A stretch of DNA of 63,682 bases. Origin: Phoronis australis (lineage: Eukaryota > Animalia > Phoronida). The stretch spans positions 1,690,669 to 1,754,350 of the forward strand of contig NMRA01000021.1 in the NCBI GenBank assembly GCA_002633005.1, given 5' to 3'. The notes below the pieces were generated by a model. The model saw nothing but the letters and a program-made list of their open reading frames with translations, searched no databases and was not told the origin of the DNA. Position numbers and translations under genes: made by a program. Position 1 is the first letter of the stretch. Every line of letters starts with the position of its first letter. Positions 61,113 to 63,682 of this stretch are shown piece by piece.

Positions 61113-62416
61113 CGTGACTCATTCCGAAATTTTCAAAATTGTTACCAAATGCCCTTTTTAGCCACTCGGAATAATCGGGTTTCCAATAGGCCCGCTTCAG
61201 CCAGAACAATTTTGTTTTCAATTGACTCTGAAAAATCTGCAACCTGGTTGACTGATGACCCAGGGAGTGGAAAATTGGCGGGGGTNGGGGGGGTATACAA
61301 AGAGAAGCTAAAATATTCACTAACCACAATTTCGCATTTAACCACTTAGTTGCATTAGCTGGATAAAGATCATCAAGCTGGAGAAACATCAAAACAGGAG
61401 AATATCCGGTCAGGGGAAAATCGGGCCCGGAGAACATTATAAAGCACCGGGGACCTAAGTTCCCCCATCAAAACCCGGGCGTTTCAGAGCCAAGCCGGTA
61501 CCCTTTTATTTAGAACTGTCCCCATTCTCTTTTGATGTGCGGGTTTGGAATGGGTGCATGCGTAAATTCTCATACTTCAATCCCTAGAGTACACATTACA
61601 TTGCCAGCAACATGTGACTGACAGATCACTCACACATTTGGGCGTGGTCATCTCCAGAAACAAGAGCTTGACAATTTCTTCACGACTCTAAATCATTCCA
61701 CAGAAAGACAAGTCATAGCCATCGTTTGGTATTGGTAAGGTCGTCATTTTCATGTTTGTTGTTTTTTTTCGATAAAAAAATTAGACGCTCGTTGAAATGG
61801 GCTGTTTCTTGACGACATCTCCAAGTCACAACCGTCTGCCGAGAAATTAGGCGCAAACACCAAGAACAACAGTCCCGCAGTGCAATACTGTCAAAGATAC
61901 CTTACATGAAAAATAAATATGTTTTTCTACTACAAAGTTTGGTAAGGTGACCGTCTAAGAATTAGTAGAAACATCGCTGTTTTGTAACATTTTATCACAG
62001 GTTTAATACTTAGTTCACCGCGAGTGCAACAATCATAAGCCGGCGATCACAGATCTACACAGCTGTTAATTTGTTGCATTCCTCCAAGGGTGTTTTACTT
62101 CAACTTGTTAATAAATATTTTTATCGTGGTACCAAAGTTGGTGATGGTTTCGACTGGTGACGTGTCAAGAGTATAAAAGGCACACTGAAACATATGCAGC
62201 TTGTATCGTACCATATTAAATCCAGAATTTTGGACATGGTTATTTTTGCAGTCTTTCTGGTGGTTCTTGAATTTGGGATGGCCAGTTCGTCTGTTGTGAC
62301 CGACGCGAAACAGGCTCCACTGCCGAGCTGGGTTTTGAGGCCTAGGTATATCCCTGCAGTCTGTATTTTTCAAAAGTATACTTTCCCCCATAAAACAAAC
62401 AAGAAACATGACTTAC

Positions 62417-62500
62417 CTCTGTCCTTAATTTACGGTCACCAACTGACATACCCTGCAGACCAGCTAGAGCACCCCTGGCATCATCCTCTTTTGCAAAATG
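62417..62500 (-). CDS. RBM4: RBM4/lark-like exon, second half of RRM
   Basis: Acceptor TATTTCAG; encodes HFAKEDDARGALAGLQGMSVGDRKLRTE; donor GAG/GTAAGT; 84 nt, phase 0-0. Confidence 0.92.
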
Positions 62501-63341
62501 CTGAAATACCAACAAGCCACTAAAAACTTCTAGCTATACAGCATTATGCATATTTGTACAAGCAACAACTGACAACTAACTAGTAGAGGAATAGAAAATT
62601 AGAAATTGACAACAGGGTTTAGAGTGTGAAATCAAGCACAGCAGGCCATCATCCAGGGAGCGGGTGACCACTGCATCCAATTGGACACACAGGCTGAAAT
62701 TTAGACACTTTATTTAAGACATGCTGATCAGCATTTGGACAATGTGTGAACGCCTAAGAAAAGCAAGTAAGCATTGTGGTGTCCTTTCCTTTTTAACTTC
62801 TTAACAGCTTCTCTGGGAGCTCAGTGGCCTCTTCAGAATAAAACACTAGTTAGGATATGCTTAAGGTATAATAGACTTTATTGCAGACCAAAGTCTTCAA
62901 AGTAACCAACTACACCAATTTGACTTGGGGTCATTAAAACCCATTTTAGGCACCCCATTTTTGAAATCCTAGATGTAACCCTGAACCACAGAATCTTTCA
63001 ACTAGAAGTGGATTTAACTGTAAGAATCTTGTTTTGAATGCCAACTGAACACTTTAAGTGACAAAACAGACCATGGATGTCGTTTATTCAACCAATGGGC
63101 ATTTCATTGGGTGGGCTTATCTACGGAAAATCCTGGTACCAAAATTATATTTTTCTAACCGTCATGGAAGACTCATTATGCAGTAAACGTCAGATTCTCC
63201 ACAGATGGAAATCTAGTCAGCTACTGGGAAAGGTGCCTGTGCCTTCTAAGAGGGTACTTTTTCCAAACCAGGGGAAAATAGCCCTATGTTATCACTAATT
63301 CCAGAACTAAGGCACACAACTCCATCAAGAGGCACACTTAC

Positions 63342-63493
63342 AACAAATGCATAGTTTTTGATGACGTCACACTCAACCACTTCTCCATAGGGTACACACA
63401 GCTCTCTCAGCTTGACGCTGGTCAGTACTTCTGGCACATTGCCAACAAACAGTTTTGTGGTAACTACACTGTTACTTGACATGACTGGGGTTA
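63342..63493 (-). CDS. RBM4: RBM4/lark-like exon, first half of RRM (probably RRM2; upstream exons outside the window)
   Basis: Acceptor TCTGTTTCAG; encodes TPVMSSNSVVTTKLFVGNVPEVLTSVKLRELCVPYGEVVECDVIKNYAFV (RNP2 LFVGNV, RNP1 KNYAFVH completed by the next exon); donor GTAAGT. Confidence 0.9.
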
Positions 63494-63682
63494 CTGAAAC
63501 AGAGGACAGATAACCATTAAATAGGGAGTCTTGAAACCCAACAGTGGGCACGGCAATAACAGATTGATTAACAAAGTTCAAAACTTAGCATAAAAGTGAA
63601 ACAAAATTGCATCTTGTTACATAACCTTGTATAAGCCCTATAGCCCTACATGGGAAAAACACAGATAGATGGCAATGTTGAC

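Overview
AT-rich eukaryotic genomic DNA from a bilaterian invertebrate; the species cannot be determined here. There are no prokaryotic operons, rRNA genes or CRISPR arrays. The left half (about 5-31 kb) is a tandem segmental-duplication array of intronless class A (rhodopsin-like) orphan GPCR genes: two intact copies (5380-6387, 28830-29819) and one pseudogene (15743-17168). It is heavily invaded by transposons: Harbinger, hAT, Kolobok/THAP, L1/Tx1 and CR1-like LINE fragments, tRNA-derived repeats, and a full-length but decayed Mag-like Gypsy element with 120-bp LTRs. The right half holds a complete 4-exon ATG8-family gene (MAP1LC3C-like, + strand, 38349-53508) and, convergent with it, the 3' exons of an RBM4/lark-like gene (- strand; RRM, CCHC knuckle, then an RGG tract running into an assembly gap). 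The ORF track catches only fragments of these two spliced genes. I see no clear evidence of a wholly new biological system. The best leads are: a foldback element carrying a Penelope-type minimal hammerhead ribozyme; an 800-bp tandem element with a tRNA-like Pol III cassette and a long palindrome; GPCRs with Lys at 3.32 and patchwork gene conversion; an LC3C that ends on its lipidation glycine; and a CTCF-like motif array in an intronic repeat. All alignments and counts were done by eye.
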